Below, in pieces: positions 18,174 through 28,011 of a DNA stretch of 49,077 nt. Each line of letters starts with the position of its first letter. Position 1 is the stretch's first letter. The translations under genes and the position numbers were made by a program. The notes beneath the pieces are model-generated. The model saw nothing but the letters and a program-made list of their open reading frames with translations, searched no databases and was not told where the DNA came from. Origin of the DNA: Elusimicrobiota bacterium (GTDB lineage: Bacteria > Elusimicrobiota > Elusimicrobia > Elusimicrobiales > UBA9959); contig JAPLKJ010000270.1 in the NCBI GenBank assembly GCA_026388125.1, positions 1-49,077 of the forward strand, written 5' to 3'.

Positions 18174-20748
18174 ACTTCTCCAGGTCCCGCCAGTTCAGGC
18201 CCGTCTTCAGGTCGGCCCGCAGCGGCACCGCCAGCTCATAGGCGCCTTCCATCTCTTTCTTGATAAGCCGCGCGGCCTCGCGCAATTTATCCTTGCGCAC
18301 CTCGAAGACCAGTTCGTCGTGCACCTGCAGCAGCAGGAAAATGTCCCTGGAACGTTTAAGTTCGGCGAACAGCCTTACCATGGCTTTTTTTATTATATCG
18401 GCCGAGCCGCCCTGCACGGGGGTATTGACGGCCGCCCGCTCGGCGAAGCTGCGCAGGTGCGGGTTGGAGGCTTTCAGCTCGGGCAGCAGGCGGCGCCGGC
18501 CGGTGAACGTGGTCACAAAGCCGTTCTTCTTAGCCTCCGCAAGGGTATTGTCGCTCCATTCCTTTACTCCGGGGCAGACCTCGAAATAATGTTTTATATA
18601 GTTCGCGGCCTCGCCGCGGCTGATGCCCAGCTCGCGCGACAGGCCCGTGGGCGTCTGCCCGTAGACTATGCCGAAATTTATGGCCTTGGCGGCGCGGCGC
18701 ATCTCGGGCGTGACCAGCTGCGGGGCGCAGTGGAAAACCTCCGAGGCCGTGCGCAGGTGGATGTCCTCCCCGCTCCTGAAAGCCTCCGTCAGGTTGCGGT
18801 CGCCGGAGAGATGGGCCAGCACGCGCAGGTCTATCTGCGAATAGTCCGCGCTGAGCATCACGGAGCCCTCGCGCACGGTGAAGCATTTCCTCACCAGCAG
18901 GCCGGCCTCGGAACGCACCGGGATGTTCTGCAGGTTGGGCTTCGAACTGGAGAAGCGGCCGGTGGCGGTGCCCAGCTGGTCGAAAGTGGTATGCAGCCGC
19001 CCGTCGGGCCCGGCCGCGGCCAGCAGGTTGTCGACGAACGAGGATTTCAGCTTCGAGATCTCGCGGTACTCCAGCAGCAGCGGCACCACGGGGTGCGCGG
19101 CCTTCAGGTACTGCAGGGCTTCCTCGCCGGTGGAGTAGCCGCCTTCCTTGTTCTTGAACTGCTTCTTCTGCGCTTCCTCAAGACCGAGGTTGAGCTTCTC
19201 GTAAAGCAGGAACGCCACCTGTTTGGGGGAATTAAGGTTCACCTGCGCGCCGGTGAGCCGCTCGGACTCGGCCTGCAGTTCGGCCAGCCTGGTCTCGAAA
19301 CGGGAGGACAGCTCGCCCAGCAGCGCGGTGTCGGCGGCGGTGCCGTGCTGTTCCATGGCGTAGACCGCCGGCAGCAGCGGCAGCTCCAGTTCGTCATAGA
19401 CCCCGCGCATGCCGGCGGCCGCAAGGTCACCGGCCAGCAGCGCGCAGAGCGCGGGCAGCGCGGCGCAGGCCTGTGCCCGCTCCCCGTCGGAGCCGGGCAG
19501 CTGCAGGGGCAGGCCCAGCCGCTCGAACGCCAGCTGCGGCAGCTCCGTGCGGCGGAGGCCTGCGGACAGCAGCGCGGCCGCGGCTTCGGCGTCGAAGAAA
19601 TTTTCCGGCTCGAAACCCTCCGGCAGGCCGAGCTGCCTCAGGACGGCCTTCAGGCCGAAAGTGAATTTGCGTATGTTGCGGGCGGCCAGTATGCCCGCGA
19701 AGCTGTCCGCCGCTTCGGGGCTGAAGAAGCCGGGCCGCAGTATGCAGACCCCCTCTTTCGAGCCTATGGCCAGGCCGTCCCCGAAAGCCGCGAAGCAGGC
19801 CTCCGCGGCCAGGCCGGGCAGCAGTTCCTCCGGGGTCCTGAGCGGCGGGACTTCCGCCGCCTTAGGCTCCGCCGGGGCGGAACCGGCCAGCGCCAGCAGG
19901 TCCTTGAACTCCAGGCGGCGGGCCATCTCTTCCAGCGCCGCCCCGCCGGGGGCCGCCGGCCTGAAGAGCTCCAGGCCCTCTTCCACGGGGGCGTCCGCCT
20001 CCAGCGTGACCAGCCTGCGCGAAAGGCGCGCGTTCTCCATGTCCTTGGCCACTTTCGCCAAAGCCTTGTCGGCCGCCGTAAGGGCGGGGTCCATGGCGGC
20101 CGCCAGTATCTTCTCCAGCGCGCCGTAAGTCTGCACCAGCCTGGCCGCGCTCTTCGGGCCCACGCCGGCCACGCCGGGCACGTTATCGGAAGAATCGCCG
20201 GTCAGCGCGAAATAGTCGGGCAGCAGCGCCGGCGGCAGGCCGTACTTGTTCAGCACGGCCTCCGGGCCGGAGAACTCCGGCGCGGAGCCGTCCCACAGCT
20301 TCACTTTTTCCCCCGCCAGCTGCGCGGCATCCTTGTCGCCGGAAACGATAACGGCTTCCAGTCCGGCCTTCTCCGCGCGCCGGGCCAGCGTGGCTATGAG
20401 GTCGTCGGCTTCGAAGCCTTTCAGGTAAACGCCTTTCAGGCCCAGCGCCGCCACCAGGTCGCGGGCCGCTATCAGCTGGCCGACAAGCCCGGGGTCCGTA
20501 GCGGAACGGTTAGCCTTGTATTCGGGATACAGCCCGTCCCTGAAACTGCCGCCTTTGGAATCGAAACAGACCGCCACGTATTCCGGCCTGCGCTCGCGCA
20601 GGATCTTGAGCAGCAGGCGCATGAAACCGTAAAGCGCGCCCACCTCCTCGCCTTTGGACGTAGTGAACTTAGGCAGGGCGTGATAGCTCCTGTGAAGGAA
20701 AGCGTGTGCGTCTATAATAAAAACGCGCTGTGATGACATTTTGTTCAA
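18163..20748 (-). CDS. polA: DNA polymerase I
   Basis: 5'-nuclease domain (FIIDAHAFLHRSYHA, GDSSDNVPGV) and Pol A-family motifs (DYSQIDLRVLAH, RRAAKAINFGIVYG, QVHDELVFE). The middle 3'-5' exo-like region is short and lacks the acidic motifs. Confidence 0.95.
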   Translation of the reverse strand: MNKMSSQRVFIIDAHAFLHRSYHALPKFTTSKGEEVGALYGFMRLLLKILRERRPEYVAVCFDSKGGSFRDGLYPEYKANRSATDPGLVGQLIAARDLVAALGLKGVYLKGFEADDLIATLARRAEKAGLEAVIVSGDKDAAQLAGEKVKLWDGSAPEFSGPEAVLNKYGLPPALLPDYFALTGDSSDNVPGVAGVGPKSAARLVQTYGALEKILAAAMDPALTAADKALAKVAKDMENARLSRRLVTLEADAPVEEGLELFRPAAPGGAALEEMARRLEFKDLLALAGSAPAEPKAAEVPPLRTPEELLPGLAAEACFAAFGDGLAIGSKEGVCILRPGFFSPEAADSFAGILAARNIRKFTFGLKAVLRQLGLPEGFEPENFFDAEAAAALLSAGLRRTELPQLAFERLGLPLQLPGSDGERAQACAALPALCALLAGDLAAAGMRGVYDELELPLLPAVYAMEQHGTAADTALLGELSSRFETRLAELQAESERLTGAQVNLNSPKQVAFLLYEKLNLGLEEAQKKQFKNKEGGYSTGEEALQYLKAAHPVVPLLLEYREISKLKSSFVDNLLAAAGPDGRLHTTFDQLGTATGRFSSSKPNLQNIPVRSEAGLLVRKCFTVREGSVMLSADYSQIDLRVLAHLSGDRNLTEAFRSGEDIHLRTASEVFHCAPQLVTPEMRRAAKAINFGIVYGQTPTGLSRELGISRGEAANYIKHYFEVCPGVKEWSDNTLAEAKKNGFVTTFTGRRRLLPELKASNPHLRSFAERAAVNTPVQGGSADIIKKAMVRLFAELKRSRDIFLLLQVHDELVFEVRKDKLREAARLIKKEMEGAYELAVPLRADLKTGLNWRDLEKYEI

Positions 20749-20854
20749 AGGGGACCGGGAAGGAAGGGAACCTGCGGCTATGCTGGGCTGGACCTGGGAG
20801 CGGGGCGGGAGCTCCGGATGGTCTCTCCGTCCCCGCCCCGGCCCGCGCCCTTTA

Positions 20855-21181
20855 TCAGGCTATTATCGCTTCCAGATGCTTCTTCAGTTCTTCTTTTTTC
20901 TGCAGGCCCACCATTTCCTGTACCACTTTCCCGCCCTTAAAAAGCAGGAGGGTGGGGATGGCGGAGATATTGTATTTGGAGGCGCTGTCCTGGGCCTCGT
21001 CGGTGTTGAGCTTGCACACCTTCACTTTCCCGGCGTATTCAGTGGCCAGTTCCTCGATCAGGGGACCGATCATTTTGCAGGGGCCGCACCAGGGGGCCCA
21101 AAAATCCACCAGCACCGGCAGGGCGCTCTTCAGCACTTCCTGCTCGAAATTGGCATCCGTAAGCTGTATTTCGTTGGACAT
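20855..21181 (-). CDS. trxA: Thioredoxin
   Basis: 108 aa with the WCGPCK active site. Confidence 0.95.
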   Translation of the reverse strand: MSNEIQLTDANFEQEVLKSALPVLVDFWAPWCGPCKMIGPLIEELATEYAGKVKVCKLNTDEAQDSASKYNISAIPTLLLFKGGKVVQEMVGLQKKEELKKHLEAIIA

Positions 21182-21214
21182 AGTTCTCTCCTTGCTACCA
21201 GTAATATATAAGAC

Positions 21215-21598
21215 TTACCTTTTCCTGTCAATAAGATACTTTATCTCTTTCCAAAGCTCGTCTATCTCTATGGGCTTCGAGAAGAAAGCCCCCGCGCCGG
21301 CCAGCATGGCCTCGGAGCGGTCGGCGGGTTCGGTATACTTGGCCGAAATGAACAGCACCGGCACGGTCTTGAGCCGGGCGGATTCGCGGATCACGCGCAG
21401 GAATTCCACCCCGTGCATGTCCGGCAGCTGGATATCCAGTATGATCACGGAGGGCACGCCCTTGGCCAGGATGTCCATGGCCTCGCGCGCCGACTTGGCC
21501 ACGGAGACCTCCGCGTCCACGTTCTTCAGCTTCAGCCCGTCCTCGAGCGTATCTATAAAATTCTCGTCGTCGTCCACGATCAGGATGTTCATCGCCAT
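21215..21598 (-). CDS. Single-domain response regulator (CheY-like receiver)
   Basis: 127 aa with ILIVDDD, a phospho-acceptor context IILDIQLPDMHG and a conserved K (SAKY). Confidence 0.85.
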   Translation of the reverse strand: MAMNILIVDDDENFIDTLEDGLKLKNVDAEVSVAKSAREAMDILAKGVPSVIILDIQLPDMHGVEFLRVIRESARLKTVPVLFISAKYTEPADRSEAMLAGAGAFFSKPIEIDELWKEIKYLIDRKR

Positions 21599-21614
21599 AA
21601 TTTTAAACCTTTGC

Positions 21615-22349
21615 TCAGAACCCGAAGCTCAGCCGCTCCGCCAGCATCGCCGGCAGCTTCGCTTCCCCCATCAGTTTCTGGGTGGCTTCCACGTCGTAAA
21701 AGACCCTGTAGAGCTCGAACACTTTTTTTCCCGGATCGTAGATCCCGCAGGCCGCCCGCGGATCGCCGTCCCGCGGCTGGCCCACCGAGCCGGGGTTGAT
21801 CATGATCCGCCCGGACGCCGCGGAGACCCGGACCATCGGCTTCAGGAAATCGGTCTCGGGCGCGCTCCCTTCCTGCGCCCGGAAGAACATCGGCATGTGG
21901 CTGTGCCCGATAAAACAGGGAGAAACGTTCCAGGCCGCGGAGTTGTCGGCGAACTGGGCTTCGCTGAGGACATATTCGGTAAGCGGCTTGCGCGGGGAAC
22001 CGTGCACCAGGGTGAACTCCCCGGTCTCTATTTTTTCCGGGAGGCTGGCGAGGAAGTTCAGGGCTTTGCCGGTAAGCCTGGAGCGGGAGAACTCTATGGC
22101 CGCGGCCGCGTTGGCGTTGAACCACTTGATGTCCAGGCGGCCGGTCAGCGCGGCGTCGTGGTTGCCCATCACGATCTGCAGCTTCTTAAGCCCGGCCATC
22201 GCCTCCACGCACTCCAGCGGCTGCGGGCCGTAGCCCACCACGTCGCCGCAGCACACGAAATCGGACACCCCGTTCCTTTCATAAAAGTTCAGCACGGCCT
22301 TAAAGGCCTCGTAATTGCCGTGCACGTCGGAGAAAACGCCGTATTTCAC
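21615..22349 (-). CDS. Metallophosphoesterase-family protein
   Basis: Calcineurin-like motifs SDVHGN, GDVVGYG, GNHD and GHSH. Confidence 0.8.
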   Translation of the reverse strand: MKYGVFSDVHGNYEAFKAVLNFYERNGVSDFVCCGDVVGYGPQPLECVEAMAGLKKLQIVMGNHDAALTGRLDIKWFNANAAAAIEFSRSRLTGKALNFLASLPEKIETGEFTLVHGSPRKPLTEYVLSEAQFADNSAAWNVSPCFIGHSHMPMFFRAQEGSAPETDFLKPMVRVSAASGRIMINPGSVGQPRDGDPRAACGIYDPGKKVFELYRVFYDVEATQKLMGEAKLPAMLAERLSFGF

Positions 22350-22355
22350 GTTGTC

Positions 22356-25256
22356 CTAGACCCCCACCGCTTCCTGATGCTGCGTAGCCAGGGAGGCGGC
22401 GCGCTTGAGGTCCACCGAGATAAGCTTGGAAACGCCCAGCTCCTCCATGGTCACGCCGTACAGGACGTCGGCGGCCTCCATGGTGCGCTTGTTGTGCGTT
22501 ATCACTATGAACTGGGTGGTGGAGGAGAATTCGCGGATAAGGCGCACGAACCGCTCCACGTTCGCCTCGTCCAGCGGCGCGTCGGCCTCGTCCATCACGC
22601 AGAACGGGGACGGGTTCACGCGGAAGAAGCTGAACAGCAGCGCCAGCGCCGTAAGCGCCTTTTCTCCGCCGGAAAGCTGGGAGATGCTCACCAGTTTTTT
22701 TCCGGGCGGGTGGGCCAGGATCTCCACGCCGGTCTCCAGCAGGTTGTCCGGCAGCGTCAGGATGAGGTCGGCCTCGCCGCCGTTGAACAGCAGCGAGTAG
22801 ATCTCCTTGAAGTAGACGCGCACCTTGTCGAACGTTATCTTGAAGTTCTCGCGCGTGGTGTCGTTGATCTTGTTGATGGCGCTGCGCAGGTCGGTCTTCG
22901 CCCTGTTGAGGTCCTCCACCTGCGAGTTGATGAAGTTGTAGCGCTGCGTGAGGGCCTCGTACTCCTCGGGCGCGGTCATGTTGACGGGCCCCATGCTCTC
23001 GATGCGCTTGCGCAGGAACTTCACGCGCTCGTGGTCGGTCTCCACGGCGCCGTATTTCTCCGCGGCTTCCTGCGGCTGGACGCTCCACTCGTCGGCCAGG
23101 CGGCGCTCGGTCTCCTCCGCCCTGGCGTTAAGGGTGGCCACTTCGGTCTCTATCTGGTATTTTATCTTCTCGTTCTCGCTGACCAGCGCGCGGCTGTCGC
23201 CCAGGTTCTGCGCCAGGCGCCCGTAGTTGCCGCGCAGCTCGTTGATCTCGTCCTCGAACTGGCGGTCGATGATCTCCTTCTCGGCCAGGTCGTGCATCAG
23301 CTCGGCCAGGCGGGCCCGCGCGCCCTCTATTTCGCCGTTAAGGCGGGTTTCGCGCGCGGCCAGCTCGTCGCGGCGGCCGGCGAAGTGGGATTTCTCCTCG
23401 TGGATGGCGGCCAGGTCGCCCTCGGTGCGGGCGAGCTCCCCGCGCAGGGCCTCGATGTTGCGGCGGTAATTCTCCAGGTTGGCCTTGCGCGACCCCAGGT
23501 CTTCCTTGAGGCGGGCGTGGTCCTGGTGCAGCGCGTTCTTGCGCTCCTCGAGCACGGCCTGCTCGGCCTTCTTGGCCTCGGAGACGGCGTGCGCGGCGCT
23601 GATCTTTTCGTTAAGGACGGCCAGCGCGGCTTCGGCGTCCTTCACGGAGGTCTCGGCCTTGCCTTTTTCGGCCTGCGCGAAGGCCAGCCTGTCGCGCTTC
23701 ACCTGCAGGTCCCCGGCGGTGCCGGCGATCTCGGTCTCGTTCTTATGGAAATCCACGTTCAGGGCGGCGGCGGCGGTACCGGCAACGGCCGCCGCGGCCC
23801 GGGCCTGCTCCAGCACGGGCAGCAGGGCGGCTTTCTCGGTCTCGAGGGCGGCGTTCTCAGCGTCCAGCCTGCCCAGGCCGGTCTTAAGTTCCCCTTCCTC
23901 TTCCCAGTACGGCTCGTTGGAGGCCACCTGTTCCACCCCGCCGGTGATCCAGAAGGCCCCGCGCACCGCGCCGCCGGAGCAGTACACCCCGGCCAGCAGG
24001 CCGGCCAGCAGCGGCTGGTACTGCGCGTCGCAGGAAATTTTGTCTATCACGCGGGCGGCGTTGGGAGCGTTCCAGGCGCTCTGCTCGGGCACCTGCGGCG
24101 CGCGGTCGAGGATCAGGAACCGGCAGCGGCCTTTGCCGATATGCTTAAGATAAACTATGGCTTCCTCGGCGGCCGCGGAATTCTCGCAGACCACGGAGTC
24201 GAGGAAGCGGCCCAGCGCGTCCTCCACGGACAGCAGGTCCTCTTTTTTCACCGCAATAAGATGCCGCAGCGTGCCGCGCACGCCCGCTATGCCGGCGTTA
24301 AGCACGCCGTTGATGCCCACCCAGTAAGTGTCGCGCTCACCCTGCGCCAGTATGGCCTCCAGGCGGGATTCGTCCCAGGCTTTTTCTTCGCGTATGGCGG
24401 CCTGGCGCGCGTCTATCTCCGAAAGCCTGCCTGAAAGGGAGCTTACCTGCGCTTCGGCGGCGGCGGCCTTCCCGTTCTCGGCGGCCAGGGCGGCGGACAG
24501 CGCCGCGGAGCGGGCCTTAAGCTCCTCTACGCGGGCCCCGATGGCCGCGCCGGCGGCGGTGAGTTCCTCTATATCCAGCTCAAGGCCGGCCTGGGTATCC
24601 CGGTAATGGCCGATATCGGACCCGGTGCGGGCGATGGCGTTGGAGATCTCAACTTCCTGCGTGTAGGCCTCGTTCATCTGGGAGGCCAGCCCCTCGGCGG
24701 CGGAGTCGGCCGCGCGCATCTCCTCTTCAACGCCGGCCAGCGCGGAGGCGGCCGCGTCGCAGTCGGCCTGCAGCGCGGGGATCCCGCCCTCTTCGCCGCC
24801 CAGCCTGGCGTTCAGTTCGGCCAGGCGCGGCTCGGCGCGGGACAGCTTCTCCGCGTTAAGGCGTTCCGAGGTTTCCAGGGAAGCGCGGGACGAGGCTATT
24901 TCGGAGAGCATTTCCTGGTTGGAGATTATGCGCCCTTCGGAATTGTTCTTTTCGAATTTTACGGCCGTGGCCGCCTCGCGCAGCAGGCGGTAGTCCTCGT
25001 TCTTCTGGGTAAGGGTAAGGCTCATGGCCGCGGCCTCGGCCTCCAGGCTGGTTATGGCCACCGTGGTCTCTTCCAGGTCCTTCAGTACCGGCGCCAGGCG
25101 CGCGGCGGCCTCGGCGCCCTTGCTCCGGAAAGCTTCGCGCTCGCGCAGCAGCAGGGAGATCTCGGCGCCGGTCAGCTCCTCGCGGTATTTCTTCTGCAGG
25201 CGGGCCTTCTTGGCCTCGTTGTCCAGTTTGGTGATCTGCTCGTTCAAAAGCACCAT
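22356..25256 (-). CDS. smc: Chromosome segregation protein SMC, C-terminal ~83% (coiled coils, hinge, signature and Walker B), separated from its N-terminal head by a frameshift
   Basis: Long coiled coils, a hinge region (GINGVLNAGIAGVRGTL...), the ABC signature LSGGEKALTALALLF and Walker B FCVMDEADAPLD. Confidence 0.9.
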   Translation of the reverse strand: MVLLNEQITKLDNEAKKARLQKKYREELTGAEISLLLREREAFRSKGAEAAARLAPVLKDLEETTVAITSLEAEAAAMSLTLTQKNEDYRLLREAATAVKFEKNNSEGRIISNQEMLSEIASSRASLETSERLNAEKLSRAEPRLAELNARLGGEEGGIPALQADCDAAASALAGVEEEMRAADSAAEGLASQMNEAYTQEVEISNAIARTGSDIGHYRDTQAGLELDIEELTAAGAAIGARVEELKARSAALSAALAAENGKAAAAEAQVSSLSGRLSEIDARQAAIREEKAWDESRLEAILAQGERDTYWVGINGVLNAGIAGVRGTLRHLIAVKKEDLLSVEDALGRFLDSVVCENSAAAEEAIVYLKHIGKGRCRFLILDRAPQVPEQSAWNAPNAARVIDKISCDAQYQPLLAGLLAGVYCSGGAVRGAFWITGGVEQVASNEPYWEEEGELKTGLGRLDAENAALETEKAALLPVLEQARAAAAVAGTAAAALNVDFHKNETEIAGTAGDLQVKRDRLAFAQAEKGKAETSVKDAEAALAVLNEKISAAHAVSEAKKAEQAVLEERKNALHQDHARLKEDLGSRKANLENYRRNIEALRGELARTEGDLAAIHEEKSHFAGRRDELAARETRLNGEIEGARARLAELMHDLAEKEIIDRQFEDEINELRGNYGRLAQNLGDSRALVSENEKIKYQIETEVATLNARAEETERRLADEWSVQPQEAAEKYGAVETDHERVKFLRKRIESMGPVNMTAPEEYEALTQRYNFINSQVEDLNRAKTDLRSAINKINDTTRENFKITFDKVRVYFKEIYSLLFNGGEADLILTLPDNLLETGVEILAHPPGKKLVSISQLSGGEKALTALALLFSFFRVNPSPFCVMDEADAPLDEANVERFVRLIREFSSTTQFIVITHNKRTMEAADVLYGVTMEELGVSKLISVDLKRAASLATQHQEAVGV

Positions 25257-25257
25257 G

Positions 25258-25836
25258 GAGGGCCAGGCGGGTCAGGTCGGCCTCCACTTTTTCCAGCTTG
25301 CGGGCGGCTTCGTCGCGCTTGGCCTTGTATTTGGAAACGCCTGCGGCTTCCTCGAAAAGCTCGCGGCGCTGTTCGGCGGTGGCGCTGAGCACGGTCTCCA
25401 CCTCGCCCTGGTCGATAATGGCGTAGCCGTCGGTGCCTATGCCGGTGTCCAGGAACATCTCGCGGATATCCCGCAGGCGGCACTGCACTTTGTTGATAAA
25501 ATACTCGGACTCTTCCGAGCGGTAGATCTTGCGGGTGACGGTGACTTCGCTGAAGTCCAGCGGCAGCTTGCGTGACTCGTTATCGAAGGTCATGGCAACT
25601 TCGCCCATGTTCAGGCTCTGGCGCTTGGTGGTGCCGGCGAAGATCACGTCCATCATGGACGGCATGCGCAGCGATTTCCAGGACATTTCGCCTATGCACC
25701 ACTTGATGGAATCCACCACGTTGGACTTGCCGCAGCCGTTGGGGCCTACTATACAGGTGATGCCTGGTTTGAGCGGGAGCTTAACCTTGTTGGCGAAAGA
25801 TTTAAAACCGTAAATTTCAAGCGCTTTAAGATACAT
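25258..25836 (-). CDS. smc: SMC N-terminal head fragment (Walker A). The frame stays open to 24856, but homology ends near 25260.
   Basis: MYLKALEIYGFKSF...GPNGCGKSNVVDSIKW...LFEEAAGVSKYK...KLEKVEADLTRL. ATG at 25836 with AAGGGG upstream. Confidence 0.85.
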
Positions 25837-25930
25837 GCTGGTCCCCTTCTTTTTGGGTATACGAAAACTGGAGCCGCCGGTGGCGCGCGGCGCCGCGGTC
25901 GGGTTAAGGTTATCTGACAATTATATAAAT

Positions 25931-25963
25931 AAAAAGGCCCGGGTGTCTTTCCCGGGCCTTTTT
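25931..25963 (-). terminator. Rho-independent (bidirectional-looking) terminator after the envelope operon, upstream of smc
   Basis: 13-bp stem AAAAAGGCCCGGG / CCCGGGCCTTTTT with a 7-nt loop. Confidence 0.75.
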
Positions 25964-25979
25964 AACCGCGATCCGCTGT

Positions 25980-27215
25980 CTAGTAGGACAACTGGTACGA
26001 CAGGCCTAAAGTATTGCCGGTATAGTTGTTGGGCATATACTGCTCGAACTTATTGTTCGAGCTGGCCACCGTCAGCGCGTAATACAGCCGCCACATGGCG
26101 GTATCGTTTATGCGCTTGCGGATGCTGCCGGTCAGGGTGGACATCAGGTTCTTCTGCTTCTCCCCGGCCACGTAGTTGTTGTCCGAGTCGCGGCGCAGGC
26201 GGTCGGTATAGGCGCGGCTGGTCATGTTGAACGCCCCGCCGATGGCCCACTTGCCGGTGATGTTAAGGTCAAGCGGCACGCTGAGGGTCATTTCATTATA
26301 GTCGTAGTTCTTGGCCACGAAGGTCACGGGGGCGGAGCCGTCCAGCAGGTTGCTCGTCGGGGTGGCGCCCAGCGACTTATAGCGCATGAAGTTCTGGTTG
26401 GAGCTGTGCATCGAGTACGACACCATCGGGTACAGTTCGAAGATCCACAGCGTATGATGGAAGCCGAAATCCACCATGGTGGTCTTATCCTGCTGCTTGG
26501 TGTCGCCGTACGCGCCGGTGTTCGCCACCACTTTCTGGTTATCGTAGTCCTGCTGCGTATAAGTCAACCCGCCGAACCACTTGCCCCAGGCGGGGCGCAG
26601 GGTAACCTGCTTTATTCCCTGGTCCTGCAGGCCGCCGTTGACGTTGGCCGTATTGGACGGGTTCTGGAACTCGCGCAGCAGGTCGGTGTAGTTCGGGAAC
26701 TTGACCGACTTGGCCAGGTAGGTCAGCGACACCACGCCGTTCTTCTCGAAGTCGAAGGTATAGTCGCCGGCCAGCTGCAGCCCTGAAGTGTTCATGTTGT
26801 ACAGGCCGTTCTTCCAGGCTTCGTTGGCGCCGGTGCGGGAATAGTCGTGCGTGAAAGCCACGCCCGGCCGGATGCGGAACTTCTCGCCAAGGTTGCGGCG
26901 GTATTCGAACGTGAAGGAATGCGTCAGGCTCCGGTCCGTGAACTGCTTGGAGTCCTGCGGCGTGAAGCCCTGCCCGGAGTAATTGAAGTTATACAGGCCG
27001 AACAGCTGGTCCTTCGGCGTTATCTTCGACAGCAGGCCCACCTGCGTGTTGACGTTGCCGCCGCTGAAGATGTTGCCCACGCTGGGCATATAGGCGGCCT
27101 CGTTCATAGTCATGTCGAAGTAGGGCGTGAAGATCTTCGAATCCTCCGCCACCGCGGCGCACAGGCGCCCGGCCAAGACCGCAGTTATTACCGCGCTTAA
27201 AAATATTTTTTTCAT
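25980..27215 (-). CDS. Putative outer-membrane beta-barrel protein (unknown family)
   Basis: Signal peptide (MKKIFLSAVITAVLAGRLCAAVA), alternating beta-strand-like composition rich in Y/G/N/T, and a C-terminal LGLSYQLSY with a terminal aromatic residue. Confidence 0.55.
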   Translation of the reverse strand: MKKIFLSAVITAVLAGRLCAAVAEDSKIFTPYFDMTMNEAAYMPSVGNIFSGGNVNTQVGLLSKITPKDQLFGLYNFNYSGQGFTPQDSKQFTDRSLTHSFTFEYRRNLGEKFRIRPGVAFTHDYSRTGANEAWKNGLYNMNTSGLQLAGDYTFDFEKNGVVSLTYLAKSVKFPNYTDLLREFQNPSNTANVNGGLQDQGIKQVTLRPAWGKWFGGLTYTQQDYDNQKVVANTGAYGDTKQQDKTTMVDFGFHHTLWIFELYPMVSYSMHSSNQNFMRYKSLGATPTSNLLDGSAPVTFVAKNYDYNEMTLSVPLDLNITGKWAIGGAFNMTSRAYTDRLRRDSDNNYVAGEKQKNLMSTLTGSIRKRINDTAMWRLYYALTVASSNNKFEQYMPNNYTGNTLGLSYQLSY

Positions 27216-27227
27216 CTTTGGTCTTCC

Positions 27228-27971
27228 TTAAAAGTTAAGGTGGAAATTCCACACCGGGTGTATCACCAGCACGCCCTCGGGGAAGATATTGAAGCCCAGT
27301 TCGAAATATTTCCCGTACCAGCTCACTTTGCTGGAGAACGTCTGCGTTTTCAGGCCGTAGTTAAGCTGCATGCTCCACAGCTTGCTGATGCCCTTGGGCG
27401 TCTCGATGCCGGCTATCACGAAGTCGTCCTTGAAGCCGGTGTCGAAGCTGCCCACCTTGGTGCCCATGAAGTCCACTTCCTGCCCGGGCTTGAAGTCCAG
27501 CTTGGCCGCCATCACTGAATGCTTATAGCCCCAGAAAGTGCGCACGCGCGGGCTTACGGAGGCGCTCACTATGGCGCCCATGTAATAGCCGCCGAATTTG
27601 GCGCTGTCTATGGTTTCCGAGTCCTTGGTGGCCATTTTGGCCGCCAGCATATCCCAGTAGCCGCCTATCAGGTCCACCTGCGGCACGCCCGGGGCTATGC
27701 GGCCCTCGGCGTGCAGGCGCAGCTTGCCGGACACGTTGGTATAGGTAAGCGGGATGGTAGTAGGGAACAGACCCGTCTGTATGCCGAACGTTTTGCCCGG
27801 GGGCAGCGGGGTGGTGGTTTCCAGGTCCTGCTGGAAGTCATAAAAGAAACCGGCGGGGTTGGCTATGATCTCGCCGGCTATCTGCATCCCTTTGGATTCC
27901 CAGTCAATTGCTGCGAAGGCGGCGCCGTTAAAGCACAGCAGCGCCGTCATCAGAAGTATTGTCCTTTTCAT
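27228..27971 (-). CDS. Putative small outer-membrane / secreted beta-rich protein (unknown family)
   Basis: Signal peptide MKRTILLMTALLCFNGAAFA and a C-terminal ...VWNFHLNF (terminal Phe). The start is set at MKRTILL because AAGAGGA lies upstream. The ORF track starts at 28007. Confidence 0.5.
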   Translation of the reverse strand: MKRTILLMTALLCFNGAAFAAIDWESKGMQIAGEIIANPAGFFYDFQQDLETTTPLPPGKTFGIQTGLFPTTIPLTYTNVSGKLRLHAEGRIAPGVPQVDLIGGYWDMLAAKMATKDSETIDSAKFGGYYMGAIVSASVSPRVRTFWGYKHSVMAAKLDFKPGQEVDFMGTKVGSFDTGFKDDFVIAGIETPKGISKLWSMQLNYGLKTQTFSSKVSWYGKYFELGFNIFPEGVLVIHPVWNFHLNF

Positions 27972-28011
27972 CAGGTTAAATCCTCTTTTTATTGAATTGT
28001 TCGGCATGGCG

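Noticed and set aside
18130-20733. 867-aa plus-strand ORF
   Set aside because: It is antisense to polA over its whole length. It has shadow-frame composition and no motifs.
20802-20839. GC-rich imperfect hairpin (GGGGCGGGA...TCCCCGCCCC) between trxA and polA
   Set aside because: It has a long loop, a bulged stem and no U-run. It is not convincing as a terminator or a known RNA motif.
21215-21598. Orphan single-domain response regulators (also at 32608-32976) with no histidine kinase in the window
   Set aside because: Stand-alone receivers are common, and nothing in the sequence suggests unusual function.
20730-24434. 1234-aa plus-strand ORF, the longest in the window
   Set aside because: It is entirely antisense to trxA, the receiver gene, the metallophosphoesterase and smc. 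Its composition is the R/G/A/L/V-rich low-complexity typical of shadow frames in high-GC DNA, and it has no recognisable motifs.
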